A stretch of 64,000 nt of DNA. Source: Bacillota bacterium (GTDB lineage: Bacteria > Bacillota > Limnochordia > DTU087). Within the stretch, counting starts at the first letter, position 1. Every line of letters starts with the position of its first letter. The notes below the pieces were generated by a model. That model had not been told where the DNA came from. It saw only the letters and a program-made list of their open reading frames with translations, and did not search any database. A program made the translations under genes and the position numbers. The stretch is taken from positions 5,294 to 69,293 of the forward strand of contig JAAYQZ010000040.1 of NCBI GenBank assembly GCA_012519025.1, in the 5' to 3' direction. Of this stretch, positions 18,594 to 28,013 are shown in pieces.

Positions 18594-19262
18594 ATGATGG
18601 TAAAAACCCGTATGACGCCTGATCCCGTTACTGCCGCTCCGGATATGGGAGTGCTGGATGCTCTTAAACATATGCAGAGAAACAAGGTTAGGCGCTTACC
18701 AATCCTGGATAAAGACAGATTAGTTGGCATCGTGGTTGAATCCCAATTGCTTAAGGTGGCCCCTTCCCCGGCAACCACGTTGAGTGCTTTTGAGGTTAAT
18801 TATTTGTTGTCGAAAATGACGCTCAAGGATGTTATGACTAGAAACCCTGTCACCGTAACTCCGGACACTCTCATCGAAGAAGCCGCTGTTTTAATGTGGG
18901 ACAATGTAGTCAGCGGTCTGCCTGTTTTGGATGGCGATCAGCTGGTGGGGATCATCACAGAAACCAATATTTTCGATGCTTTCATAGACTCCATGGGTCT
19001 TAGGCAAAACGGCACCAGACTTGCCGTTGAGGCTGCGGATAAGGCCGGTGTGCTGGCAGATATTACTGCCATCATACGAGATCATGATATCAGTATCATC
19101 AGCCTTTCAACTTTTCATCAAAAGGATGCAAATAAACGCTCCATTGTCCTGCGGCTCGACACCACCGAGCTGGATGGTGTGGAGGAGGCCTTGGAAAGCA
19201 AAGGTTATGAAGTTGTGCATGTAGCCTATATGGCTAGCTGGAGTGAGAACAATCGCGGGTAG
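18594..19262 (+). CDS. acuB: CBS-pair plus ACT domain protein (AcuB-like)
   Basis: Two CBS repeats, PSPATTLS linker, DKAGVLADIT ACT motif. Confidence 0.75.
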   Translation: MMVKTRMTPDPVTAAPDMGVLDALKHMQRNKVRRLPILDKDRLVGIVVESQLLKVAPSPATTLSAFEVNYLLSKMTLKDVMTRNPVTVTPDTLIEEAAVLMWDNVVSGLPVLDGDQLVGIITETNIFDAFIDSMGLRQNGTRLAVEAADKAGVLADITAIIRDHDISIISLSTFHQKDANKRSIVLRLDTTELDGVEEALESKGYEVVHVAYMASWSENNRG

Positions 19263-20469
19263 TTTCCCGAGCCTGATCTTCGGGGGATGCCGGGACCGCC
19301 AACCAAATAAAACAAGTACCCAAAAGAGCCACATACCCCGCGATGCGAAAGGCAGTGAAGATACCGGCTGCATCAAGCAGGCGGCCGACTATAACACCGC
19401 CTACAATTCCCGACAGACTCCAAGTGACGGTTGCCAAAATTGCTTGGCCGGTGGTGCGAAACTGTTTGGGAACTAGGGCATCGACCATCAAAACCGACGC
19501 AACTTGGAAAAAGGCGAAACCGATTCCGGTCAATGTCTGCAAGATGATGGCAATACCGGGGCTGGGATACAAGACATTCAAAAGCAGCTTTAACCCAAAC
19601 AAACCTGTGCTGGCCACCAGTACAGGTTTGTGGCCGAAACGGTTAATCAGCTTCGGTGCCGCTAAAAATAAAGGGACTTCGACCACAGCTGTCAATCCAA
19701 ACGCATAGCCTGTGTAGCTGGCCGGGACTCCTAAAGCATCGAAGTAAAGTGTCAGGAAATTGTCAGCTGCAGCGAAAGGCATCATCACAAGGAAGAGTCC
19801 AATCAACAGCATGACTAGCGGTGGATTGGCCAGTACAGCTCTAAGCGGCACGGTTGATGGTTTATCTGCCTCAGTTTTTCCATCCCTGTCAGGATGAATA
19901 CCTAAAACAATGAACATACTCGCCATAGTAATGATGAAGTATGAGACAAACATACTGCCAAAACCGATGAGTTCGTAGACTTTGCCAAAGATCAGGCTCG
20001 TCAAAGCAAAACCAAAAGAACCCCACAACCGGTAGCTGCCGTATGTGTCTTTGGCATCACCTAAAACATCTAAGGTAATACCATCAAGCATTGGGTTTAG
20101 TGAACCGGCAAACACGGCGTGGGCTAATCTAATGATGCTAAACAATAAAAAACTGCCTGCAGCCAAAGGCTGCACTAAAGTAAGCAAAGCAGCGATGCCC
20201 AACGCAGCAGCAAGGATATGGCTTTTATTGGCAAGATCAGATACTCGGCCCCACACAGGTTGAGAAAGTAAGATGAGCAGACTGCCGAGGCTTGTCATTA
20301 AACCGATATTGGTCCCAGACCATCCTAAGGTTTTATTGAGATAAAGATTGAAAAAAGGAAACATCAGGCCTTGGGCCATATAAAGTGTACCAAATGCTAG
20401 GCCGACCAGCCTGTGCTTTGACAAAGCATTTCCTACTGACCCTTTTGTGTCAGGCGTATTTTTGATCAA
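19234..20469 (-). CDS. MFS transporter (MFS_1_like)
   Basis: About 12 hydrophobic segments, WGRVSD, YGSYRLWGSFGF; start position uncertain. Confidence 0.85.
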   Translation of the reverse strand: MIKNTPDTKGSVGNALSKHRLVGLAFGTLYMAQGLMFPFFNLYLNKTLGWSGTNIGLMTSLGSLLILLSQPVWGRVSDLANKSHILAAALGIAALLTLVQPLAAGSFLLFSIIRLAHAVFAGSLNPMLDGITLDVLGDAKDTYGSYRLWGSFGFALTSLIFGKVYELIGFGSMFVSYFIITMASMFIVLGIHPDRDGKTEADKPSTVPLRAVLANPPLVMLLIGLFLVMMPFAAADNFLTLYFDALGVPASYTGYAFGLTAVVEVPLFLAAPKLINRFGHKPVLVASTGLFGLKLLLNVLYPSPGIAIILQTLTGIGFAFFQVASVLMVDALVPKQFRTTGQAILATVTWSLSGIVGGVIVGRLLDAAGIFTAFRIAGYVALLGTCFIWLAVPASPEDQARETTRDCSHSS

Positions 20470-20567
20470 ACACTTCACCTCACCAGTAGATACATGAGAT
20501 CAGAAGCACATTGAGGGCCTGAAGACAGCATCGATGGCAAGGAAAGTTGTTTGAATATCTGCTGCGA

Positions 20568-22760
20568 TTAGATGATTAGACTAAGGGATATCCGCCCTCT
20601 TTCGAGATCTGCGTCTAAGATACGCACCTTTACTATATCTCCCACTGCGACGACATCCAGCGGGTGAGCTACATAACTTTGACTCATTTCCGAAATGTGA
20701 ATCAACCCATCGCGATTTACTCCAATATCGACAAAAGCACCAAAATCGACTACATTGGTGATCGTACCTGTTAAAAGCATATCCGGGCGCAAATCCTCCA
20801 TAGTGAGGACATCTTTGCGGAAAAGGGGCTTGGGCAGTTCTTCTCTGGGATCTCTGCCTGGTTTTTGCAGGGCATCGATAATATCTGCCACTGTGGGAAG
20901 CCCGGCGTTCAACTGTCGAGCTGTGGAGGCAGCCTCCAGCTCCGAAAGACTTGATTTCAAATCCGCGGTGTGGCTTGAGTCAAGGGAGAACTTCTCCAAT
21001 GGGACCCCGGCAATAGTCAAGATGTTTTCAGCAAGAGCATAGGATTCGGGATGCACAGGGGTATTATCCAGTATGTTGACAGCCTGTCTGATGCGTAAAA
21101 AGCCCGCGCATTGAGTGAACGTTTTCGGGCCCAGCCCTTTAATATCCAAGAGCTCTTGTCTGGCGGTAAAAGGTCCCTGATCCTGACGATATTGAACAAT
21201 GCGTCTGGCAAGAGTGTTTGAGATACCGGCTACATACTGAAGCAGTGTGGGGCTTGCTGTATTTAACTCAACTCCTACATGGTTGACACAGGATTCCACC
21301 ACTCCCTCGAGTGTATCGGTCAACTGCCTTTGGTTGACATCATGCTGATATTGCCCGACTCCAATGGAACCCGGGTGGATTTTAACTAACTCAGCCAAAG
21401 GATCCTGCACTCTGCGCCCGATACTTACCGCCCCTCGCAAGGAAACATCAAGATCGGGAAGTTCTTCCCGGGCCAATTCGGACGCGGAGTAAACTGAAGC
21501 ACCAGCTTCGTTTATAACTAAATACTGCACGCTTTTGGGGCTTTGTTCAATTACCTCGCTGATCAAAACTTCGGTCTCCCGGGAGGCAGTACCGTTGCCC
21601 ACGGAAATTAAATCTATGCCGTAGGTGTCGATTAAGTGGAGCAATTCCGCTTTGGCTGCTTCCCACCTTCCCTGAGGGGCATGGGGGTAAATGGTTGCAG
21701 TGTGCAGTAAATCGCCTTGTTCGTCTAAAACAGCCACTTTACAACCGGTGCGGTAGGCGGGATCGACACCCATTACCCTATGCCCCGAGATTGGCGGCTG
21801 CAGCAAAAGCTGTCTTAAATTGGCAGCAAATACTTTAATGGCCTGTTCTTCCGCGGCCTCAGTCAGTTGCTTGCGAAGCTCCCGTTCTATACTGGGAGCC
21901 AAAAGTCTTTGATAGGCATCCTGACATGCTTCTTTAAGTAAAGACGCAAAAGGCCCGTGGGGTACACGGATAACTTGTTTTTGTATCATGGAAGTAATTT
22001 TCTCTACAGGTACATCTACATTAACTCGCAGGACCTCTTCCTTTTCCCCTCGGTTGATGGCTAAAGTGCGGTGGGATGGTATAGAAGTGACGGCTTCGGT
22101 ATAGTCGTAGTAATGCTCAAATTTTGTTAGCGGTAGCTTTCCATCATCATCAGGCTCCAGGCGGCAGCTGGTTTTTAAAGTGCCGTTTTTTGTACTTAGG
22201 TCCCGCACAAGCCCGCGGATTTTGGCATCATCGGCAATCCACTGTGCGATGATGTCCAAAGCGCCGGTTTGGGCGTCTTCCCAGGTCTCAACACCTGCCT
22301 GGGGATTGACATATGAAGCTGAAATATCGGGCAGATTGCCTGTTTGGGATTCCTGTTTGAAAATCAACTCGGCCAAAGGTGTCAGCCCTTTTTCGGCAGC
22401 GACAACTGCTCGGGTGCGGCGCTTAGGCCGGTACGGCCGATACAAATCTTCCACTTCCTGCAGTTTGGCAGCTTTGGCAATGTCGTTTTCCAATTCAGGA
22501 GTCAATTGATCTTGTTCGCTGATCAAACGAAGAACTTCGGTTTTGCGTTTTTGTAGATTTTCATGATAGCTGAGTCTTTCGGCAGTATCTCTAAGCACAA
22601 CTTCATCCAGCTCGCCGGTGGCTTCTTTGCGATAGCGTGCGATGAAAGGGATTGTGTTGCCGTCATCAAGGAGTTCTTTTACACTCTGCACTTGTTTTGG
22701 CTTAATACCGAGTTCATGGGCTATGAATTTAAAAATTTCAGCAGATATTGTCACTGGCAT
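20568..22760 (-). CDS. tex: Tex family RNA-binding transcription accessory protein
   Basis: GNTIPFIARYRKEATG, GVDPAYRTGCK, GNGTASRET, EAGASVYSAS motifs and C-terminal S1 domain. Confidence 0.93.
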   Translation of the reverse strand: MPVTISAEIFKFIAHELGIKPKQVQSVKELLDDGNTIPFIARYRKEATGELDEVVLRDTAERLSYHENLQKRKTEVLRLISEQDQLTPELENDIAKAAKLQEVEDLYRPYRPKRRTRAVVAAEKGLTPLAELIFKQESQTGNLPDISASYVNPQAGVETWEDAQTGALDIIAQWIADDAKIRGLVRDLSTKNGTLKTSCRLEPDDDGKLPLTKFEHYYDYTEAVTSIPSHRTLAINRGEKEEVLRVNVDVPVEKITSMIQKQVIRVPHGPFASLLKEACQDAYQRLLAPSIERELRKQLTEAAEEQAIKVFAANLRQLLLQPPISGHRVMGVDPAYRTGCKVAVLDEQGDLLHTATIYPHAPQGRWEAAKAELLHLIDTYGIDLISVGNGTASRETEVLISEVIEQSPKSVQYLVINEAGASVYSASELAREELPDLDVSLRGAVSIGRRVQDPLAELVKIHPGSIGVGQYQHDVNQRQLTDTLEGVVESCVNHVGVELNTASPTLLQYVAGISNTLARRIVQYRQDQGPFTARQELLDIKGLGPKTFTQCAGFLRIRQAVNILDNTPVHPESYALAENILTIAGVPLEKFSLDSSHTADLKSSLSELEAASTARQLNAGLPTVADIIDALQKPGRDPREELPKPLFRKDVLTMEDLRPDMLLTGTITNVVDFGAFVDIGVNRDGLIHISEMSQSYVAHPLDVVAVGDIVKVRILDADLERGRISLSLII

Positions 22761-22764
22761 CTTC

Positions 22765-23337
22765 CTATTGTTTGTTAAATTGGGCGAAGGTCTTGGGCAG
22801 CTCTACAATATGAATGGATGTTAAAGGCCAATAACGCCAAATCGCCCGCCCTTCCACCAGTTTCATGGGCACAAATCCCACCAGCCGACTGCGGCTGTCG
22901 TGGCTGTTGGTGCGGTTGTCTCCCAGTACAAATACGGAGTTCTCCGGAATCTTCAGTGCCGGCAGATCACCTCGGCCTTTTTCTGTTAAGTAATCTTCAT
23001 CAAGCTTTTTGCCGTTAATATACACATCCCCACTGTTTATGCTTACTACATCACCGGGGATGCCGATAACCCGCTTAATAAAATGCTCACGAGGGTTGGC
23101 AGGATATTTAAATACAATGACTTCTCCCCGCTCAGGCGGCCTAAACCTGTATGTGAGTTTGTCGATGAGCAGTTTCTCACCGGTATGAAGTGTGGGGAGC
23201 ATAGAAGGACCATCTACAGTGAAGGCCCGGGCCACAAAAGCCATAATGAATAAGGCTAAAATTATGGCCCCTCCCACAGTTTCCGCCAACTCCCGCCACA
23301 TGGGCTTCTCTGGGCCCGGAGTGCTGAATATAAACAC
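22765..23337 (-). CDS. lepB: Signal peptidase I
   Basis: One transmembrane helix, GPSMLPTL (Ser), FIKRVIG (Lys), LGDNRTNSHDSR. Confidence 0.93.
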   Translation of the reverse strand: MFIFSTPGPEKPMWRELAETVGGAIILALFIMAFVARAFTVDGPSMLPTLHTGEKLLIDKLTYRFRPPERGEVIVFKYPANPREHFIKRVIGIPGDVVSINSGDVYINGKKLDEDYLTEKGRGDLPALKIPENSVFVLGDNRTNSHDSRSRLVGFVPMKLVEGRAIWRYWPLTSIHIVELPKTFAQFNKQ

Positions 23338-23368
23338 AACATCATCCCCTTTAGCAACTTAAAATAAA

Positions 23369-23456
23369 GGCGTATCCACCTCTGTAAAACCGACGTGTGG
23401 CGGCGACAGATAGCTTCATCTGCCGGACACTTTCGGCTGGCAAGGTGGCATACGCC
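23369..23456 (-). other. Long irregular hairpin in the lepB leader; candidate structured RNA
   Basis: Nested helices GGCGUAU/AUACGCC, CCACCU/AGGUGG, GCCGA/UCGGU, GUGU/ACAC and CGGCAGAU/AUCUGUCG, followed by UUUAUUUU. Confidence 0.5.
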
Positions 23457-23479
23457 GTCGGTGGTCACACATGACCTTA

Positions 23480-23504
23480 ATTCTGCTGTTGATTGCAAAA
23501 TCCT
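23480..23504 (-). promoter_or_regulatory. SigH-like promoter upstream of lepB-tex
   Basis: GCAGGA-17 bp-GAAT. Confidence 0.55.
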
Positions 23505-23532
23505 GCCCTGACTCCCCTCCGGTTCCCCCGAG

Positions 23533-24135
23533 TCAATCAAATTCCCACAAACACCGTTCCCTCAATCTGTTGTATATCTTAACTACTTTTTGAAAACGCT
23601 GTGGTTGACGTTTAGCCAGGGCTTCATCGATCTCTTCCCTAAGCAAAATAATCCAGATGGCCAAATCCAACTGTTCCCGGAAAATATCGCTGGTTTCTTC
23701 CTCTTCCACAGGAGTCTCCACTTCCGATGGGCCGGCGGGACTGGGTTCCACTATTTGTGAGTACCACTCCGGTGTTTCCCCGGCAAAACAAAACTGAGTG
23801 TAAAGCTTGCCATCGAAATTTTCCAGTGCCGCCCAAGCCTCCATGGGATCGTTTAGACACATTCGACGGGTCCGCTTCACATGGCGCACCAAACGGCCGT
23901 TAACCAAGGAGACTTCTTCCTGCCGTCTTGCCCCCAGTTCTAGCTGAAAACTCATCCGTGAGCTCCCCAGTTCCGATACCAGCAAAGTATTGGCCAGCAT
24001 TGTCTTATCTTCTACAAAGACAAGCTTTTCCATGAGTTCTTCGTTATGCATAAGACGATGCAAAAAAACCTTACTGGAAGGATTTTTTAACAACAGTTGG
24101 CTGAACTCCAGAATCGCACGTTGCTTGGCATCCAC
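23533..24135 (-). CDS. YpiB/UPF0302-like protein with C-terminal IDEAL motif
   Basis: LMHNEELMEKLVFVED resembles the UPF0302 N-terminus; LREEIDEAL near the C-terminus. Confidence 0.6.
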   Translation of the reverse strand: MDAKQRAILEFSQLLLKNPSSKVFLHRLMHNEELMEKLVFVEDKTMLANTLLVSELGSSRMSFQLELGARRQEEVSLVNGRLVRHVKRTRRMCLNDPMEAWAALENFDGKLYTQFCFAGETPEWYSQIVEPSPAGPSEVETPVEEEETSDIFREQLDLAIWIILLREEIDEALAKRQPQRFQKVVKIYNRLRERCLWEFD

Positions 24136-24253
24136 TTATCTCACCCCGGACTTTCCTAGTTTCTCTTCGGTCATTCCATACCTATGCCCTCACATGCGTT
24201 CCATACACTAGAACTAGGTCCTTATAAGCGCCGAACTCTCACTAGTTTATATT

Positions 24254-24279
24254 ATTCAATAAGTATACCGTGAATCCCT
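24254..24279 (-). promoter_or_regulatory. SigH-like promoter upstream of the YpiB-like gene
   Basis: AGGG-18 bp-GAAT. Confidence 0.45.
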
Positions 24280-24400
24280 TTCTTGTAAGTTAGCCCTTTG
24301 CAACCAGCTAATGGCATTTTCTCCTTACTCTACCGTCTTCACCACACAGCATATACGGGCCATATGATAAGACAAATACTGCACAATAGGAGGAACGTTA

Positions 24401-25405
24401 ATGCTTCCATCCGGTCAACTAACATCTTTCATTGGGCCAAAGAGGCCCACCATCGGCCTGGCCCTTGGAGGCGGCGGTTTAAGGGGAGTCGCCCATATTG
24501 GTGTACTGGAAGTGCTGCAAAATCACGGACTGCAGATCGATATGATTGCCGGTACAAGTGCCGGCAGTATCGTTGCCATGCTGCATGCTTTAGGATGGCT
24601 TCCTCAAGATATGATCGATTTCGTGTTAGAGCTTAATGTCAGCGACTACGCCGATTATATCAACAACGTTTTAGCCTATATTTTAATGGGGCTGCACACT
24701 GTGTTAGATCAGTTGGCCTGGCCCCATCACTGGCTGCCTCCGGCTCCTATGGGCATTATTAAGGGCAAGCGCCTGGAGCGTTTGTTGGGTACATTAAGCG
24801 CCAGTAAGGACTTCTCCCAGGTAAAGATTCCGCTTTTTATCACGGCCACTGAAATCTGCAGCGGCAGACTGGTTTGTTTTTGTCCACCGGGATTTGTCGC
24901 CGGGTTAGACAGCTTAAGGCCGGAAATTATTTTTACAGGTGAAAGTTCTTTAGTTAAAGCTGTTCGGGCCAGTACGGCCATCCCGGGTGTTTTTCAACCG
25001 GCTCGATGGCAAAACCGGCTGCTTGTAGATGGAGGTGTTAAAAACAATGTCCCCTCTGATCTTTTACGCTGGGCCGGAGCAGATTTGGTCATTGCCGTTG
25101 ACTTGGGGTTTGTATCTCAAGCCAACAATGACATCGATACCATTTTAGAAATCATTTTGCAGTCGTTGGACATTATGGGCCAAACAAATACCGAGATCCG
25201 CCTGGAACAAACAGCAGATATCATAATTCAACCCAAAACCGGATCTGCTTCCCTTTCTGAGGTACGCAAAATGCCCGCTATGATCGAAACTGGTCGTCAA
25301 GCTGCTGTTGATGTCTGGCCGCAGATTGATCTTTTAATGCGAAATTTTTGCAAAAGACGCCAAGGCACTTTCCTACAATCGTTTCAAACACTTGGTCACT
25401 GGTAA
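24401..25405 (+). CDS. Patatin-like phospholipase
   Basis: GGGGLRG, GTSAG (nucleophile) and DGG motifs. Confidence 0.9.
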   Translation: MLPSGQLTSFIGPKRPTIGLALGGGGLRGVAHIGVLEVLQNHGLQIDMIAGTSAGSIVAMLHALGWLPQDMIDFVLELNVSDYADYINNVLAYILMGLHTVLDQLAWPHHWLPPAPMGIIKGKRLERLLGTLSASKDFSQVKIPLFITATEICSGRLVCFCPPGFVAGLDSLRPEIIFTGESSLVKAVRASTAIPGVFQPARWQNRLLVDGGVKNNVPSDLLRWAGADLVIAVDLGFVSQANNDIDTILEIILQSLDIMGQTNTEIRLEQTADIIIQPKTGSASLSEVRKMPAMIETGRQAAVDVWPQIDLLMRNFCKRRQGTFLQSFQTLGHW

Positions 25406-25426
25406 AAGATCACAGCCTGTTCCCCC

Positions 25427-25456
25427 TTGACACTTCCGCGGTGCCCGCGGTATACT
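25427..25456 (+). promoter_or_regulatory. SigA promoter of the imuB-like operon
   Basis: TTGACA (25427-32), 18 bp spacer, TATACT (25451-56). Confidence 0.8.
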
Positions 25457-25463
25457 TTTGATA

Positions 25464-25492
25464 CGAACGGTTGTTTGCGGAATGCTTGTTCG
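25464..25492 (+). promoter_or_regulatory. Two tandem LexA (SOS/Cheo) boxes
   Basis: cGAAC-ggtt-GTTTg (25464-77) and gGAAT-gctt-GTTCg (25479-92), each one mismatch from GAAC-N4-GTTC, located between the -10 element and the RBS. Confidence 0.75.
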
Positions 25493-25512
25493 GTTGATGG
25501 GAGGTAGGAATT

Positions 25513-26730
25513 GTGAACCCCTGCATAGCATACATCCAGCTGCACCATTTTTATGCATTATTGGAGGCAAAACACCAACCTGCACTTCGGGGCAAACCTT
25601 TTGCGATCGTCCGTTCCGGTAAGATCATTGACGCCTCTTTTCAGTGCGAACAATTTAACATTTACCCGGGTATGGGACTGCGCCAAGCCCATCTGGCCTG
25701 CCCATCGTTGAGGGTGGTAAACACTGAAAGCGATCCTGAGCCCCATTTGGAAAAATTCAAAGATATTTGTGCAAGCCTGACTCCAATTGTAGAGCCGGTG
25801 GGAGAGCCGGGAGTATTTTTAGATCTTTCAGGTTTTGGCAAACCTCACCTGGCAGTAAAGAAAGTAATTACAAAACTCATGAGGGAATGGCCGTTTCCAT
25901 GGTATATGGGTACAGCATCCAGTAAGTTGGCAGCTAAAATTGCCTGTCGGGAAGCAGTTAACCAAGGAAAAAGCAGATCTAGATCTTATTTTTTATCAAT
26001 AGAGCCTGCCCAAGAAAAAGCTTTCCTTGCACCTTTGAGTGTGGAGTGCTTATGGCCTTGGCCGCAGGTCCATAAAAAGCTGCAAAATCTTGGCGTATAT
26101 ACCATTGGGCAGCTGTTTGATGTACCCCGCAGGCAGCTTTGTCTGCAGTTGGGCGAAAAGATGGGAAATGCCTTATATGATGCAGCCCGGGGGGTTGACT
26201 CTACCCCTGTGCAAAGTCTTTATCCTCCCAAAACAGTGCAGGGTTATTTGCAATTGGCACCTGAAGAAAATGGTTGTACAAACCGGCAATCTTTAATCAG
26301 ATCCTTGCTCCCCGCCTTACATGAAGCAGCAGCCCGGCTTGGGGCAAAAGGCAGCATCTGCACTCGTTTGAAGTTGTTTGTAGAGTATGATATTGATGGC
26401 GAACATGCTGTCCAAAGGGTTTTTGAACATCATCCTAAAGACGGTTTGCAAACTAAAACAGAGCTTTTGCACACAGTGGAAAAGATCATCATGGAAGAGC
26501 CTTGGCCCGGTCCCATCTTAGGGATGAGATTCATGCTTATGGGGCTAAAACCCTCAAAAATCCGACAGACCAATTTGATGCCGCGAATTTGGGGGCCAAA
26601 ACAACCGACACAGTTTGTGCAAACTGTGGCTGCTTTGCAAAACAGATTTGGCAGCAAAAACATTTTCTTGGCTAAGGATATGGTTATTCCCCGGCGAGAA
26701 CGTATGCTGCAGCTTTTAATAAAGTACTAA
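25513..26730 (+). CDS. imuB: ImuB-like catalytically inactive Y-family DNA polymerase
   Basis: DinB-type motifs (FYALLE, PALRGKP, GMGLRQAHLACP, SKLAAKIA, FLAPL, LGVYTIG) but the catalytic acids are absent (YIQLHHFY; EPVGEPGVFLD). Confidence 0.8.
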   Translation: MNPCIAYIQLHHFYALLEAKHQPALRGKPFAIVRSGKIIDASFQCEQFNIYPGMGLRQAHLACPSLRVVNTESDPEPHLEKFKDICASLTPIVEPVGEPGVFLDLSGFGKPHLAVKKVITKLMREWPFPWYMGTASSKLAAKIACREAVNQGKSRSRSYFLSIEPAQEKAFLAPLSVECLWPWPQVHKKLQNLGVYTIGQLFDVPRRQLCLQLGEKMGNALYDAARGVDSTPVQSLYPPKTVQGYLQLAPEENGCTNRQSLIRSLLPALHEAAARLGAKGSICTRLKLFVEYDIDGEHAVQRVFEHHPKDGLQTKTELLHTVEKIIMEEPWPGPILGMRFMLMGLKPSKIRQTNLMPRIWGPKQPTQFVQTVAALQNRFGSKNIFLAKDMVIPRRERMLQLLIKY

Positions 26731-26748
26731 AACAGGAAGTAATCTGTT

Positions 26749-26991
26749 ATGACCCGGCGCATCAATTTACCGATTCAAGTTACCTGTGCAGGAAAAAGAC
26801 CCTTGACTTTCCTGTGGCAAGATAAAACCTATACAATTACAAAAATCATCAAGTATTGGCGAGAAAGCGGCGAATGGTGGGAAAAAGCCCCGGAGCTTGA
26901 AGTATATCATGTTCTTACCGACACTCAGGGGCTTTATGAACTCCATCATACCATAACCGGCCGATGGCTTTTGTACAGAATCTATGATTAG
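26749..26991 (+). CDS. DUF6504-like small protein (stand-alone ImuB C-terminal-like domain)
   Basis: PLTFLW...WRESGEWW...G.YEL...WLLYRIYD pattern; 18 bp after imuB. Confidence 0.75.
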   Translation: MTRRINLPIQVTCAGKRPLTFLWQDKTYTITKIIKYWRESGEWWEKAPELEVYHVLTDTQGLYELHHTITGRWLLYRIYD

Positions 26992-28013
26992 CTGTGGGTA
27001 AGCAGGCCCAATCGATCCCGAAAACGGTTTAAAGTAGGCAAAGCCAAAGGTTCTGCCTTTTTTCTGCCTTCGGCTAAAATTGCCTCGATCACACCGGGCT
27101 CGGAAAGCTCCGCAAACCGCTTTTGAATAGGGGTCAAGGTCTCTACAACTACTTCAGCTAGATCTTTTTTGAAGTCTCCGTAGCCGCTATCAGCATAATT
27201 ACTTTGGATTTCATCTAAAGATTGTCCAGAACACAAAGAGTAAATAACCATCAAGTTCGATACAGCGGCTTTGTTCTCTTCATCATAATATATCTCTCGC
27301 CCGGAGTCTGTTACAGCAGAACGTATTTTCTTGCGGATTTCGTCAGGCGAATCTAAAATACCGATATTGCCCCGGGGGTTTTCAGTAGATTTACTCATTT
27401 TCTCGTAAGGGTCCTGGAGATTCATAATCCGTCCGCCTGCGGCCCTTGGTGGGATATAAGGTTTCGGCACCTTAAAGATTTCCTCATCAAAGCGATTGTT
27501 GACCCTCACTGCTATATCCCGGGCCAATTCCAAGTGCTGCTTTTGATCATCCCCTACAGGGACTTCATCAGATTGATAAAGCAGTATATCGGCAGCCATC
27601 AATACCGGGTAAGTAAGCAGCCCCGAGGTGACTACTTCTTGTCGGCTGGCTTTGTCTTTATATTGGGTCATGCGCCGCAGTTCGCCATCATAGGTAGTGC
27701 ATTCCAAAAGCCAGCTCAGTTCCGAGTGGGCCGGCACATGGGACTGCACGAAAATTGTAGCCCTGTTTGGATCAATACCACTGGCTACAAAAATTCTGGC
27801 CACATCTAAAGTGCGTTGATGCAGTTCTTTCGGATCTTGCGGGACTGTCAGGGCATGTAAGTCAACTACACAAAACAGACAGTCTGCCTCATACTGCAGT
27901 TTTGCGAAATTTCGCAGGGCTCCCAGGTAATTACCGATGGTTAAAGAGCCGCTGGGTTGTACACCTGAGAAAACTCGTTTTGCCATATTGCGCGGTGCCG
28001 GTGGTTTTACCAC
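26988..28013 (-). CDS. trpS: Tryptophanyl-tRNA synthetase
   Basis: FSGVQPSG, TIGNYLGA (HIGH equivalent), VDLHALT, YPVLMAADIL, VPVGDDQKQHLE, KMSKS. Confidence 0.96.
   Translation of the reverse strand: MVKPPAPRNMAKRVFSGVQPSGSLTIGNYLGALRNFAKLQYEADCLFCVVDLHALTVPQDPKELHQRTLDVARIFVASGIDPNRATIFVQSHVPAHSELSWLLECTTYDGELRRMTQYKDKASRQEVVTSGLLTYPVLMAADILLYQSDEVPVGDDQKQHLELARDIAVRVNNRFDEEIFKVPKPYIPPRAAGGRIMNLQDPYEKMSKSTENPRGNIGILDSPDEIRKKIRSAVTDSGREIYYDEENKAAVSNLMVIYSLCSGQSLDEIQSNYADSGYGDFKKDLAEVVVETLTPIQKRFAELSEPGVIEAILAEGRKKAEPLALPTLNRFRDRLGLLTHS

Noticed and set aside
24401-25405. Patatin as a CBASS or other defence effector
   Set aside because: No CD-NTase or other defence genes nearby; it looks like a housekeeping RssA/NTE-type protein, and imuB has its own promoter
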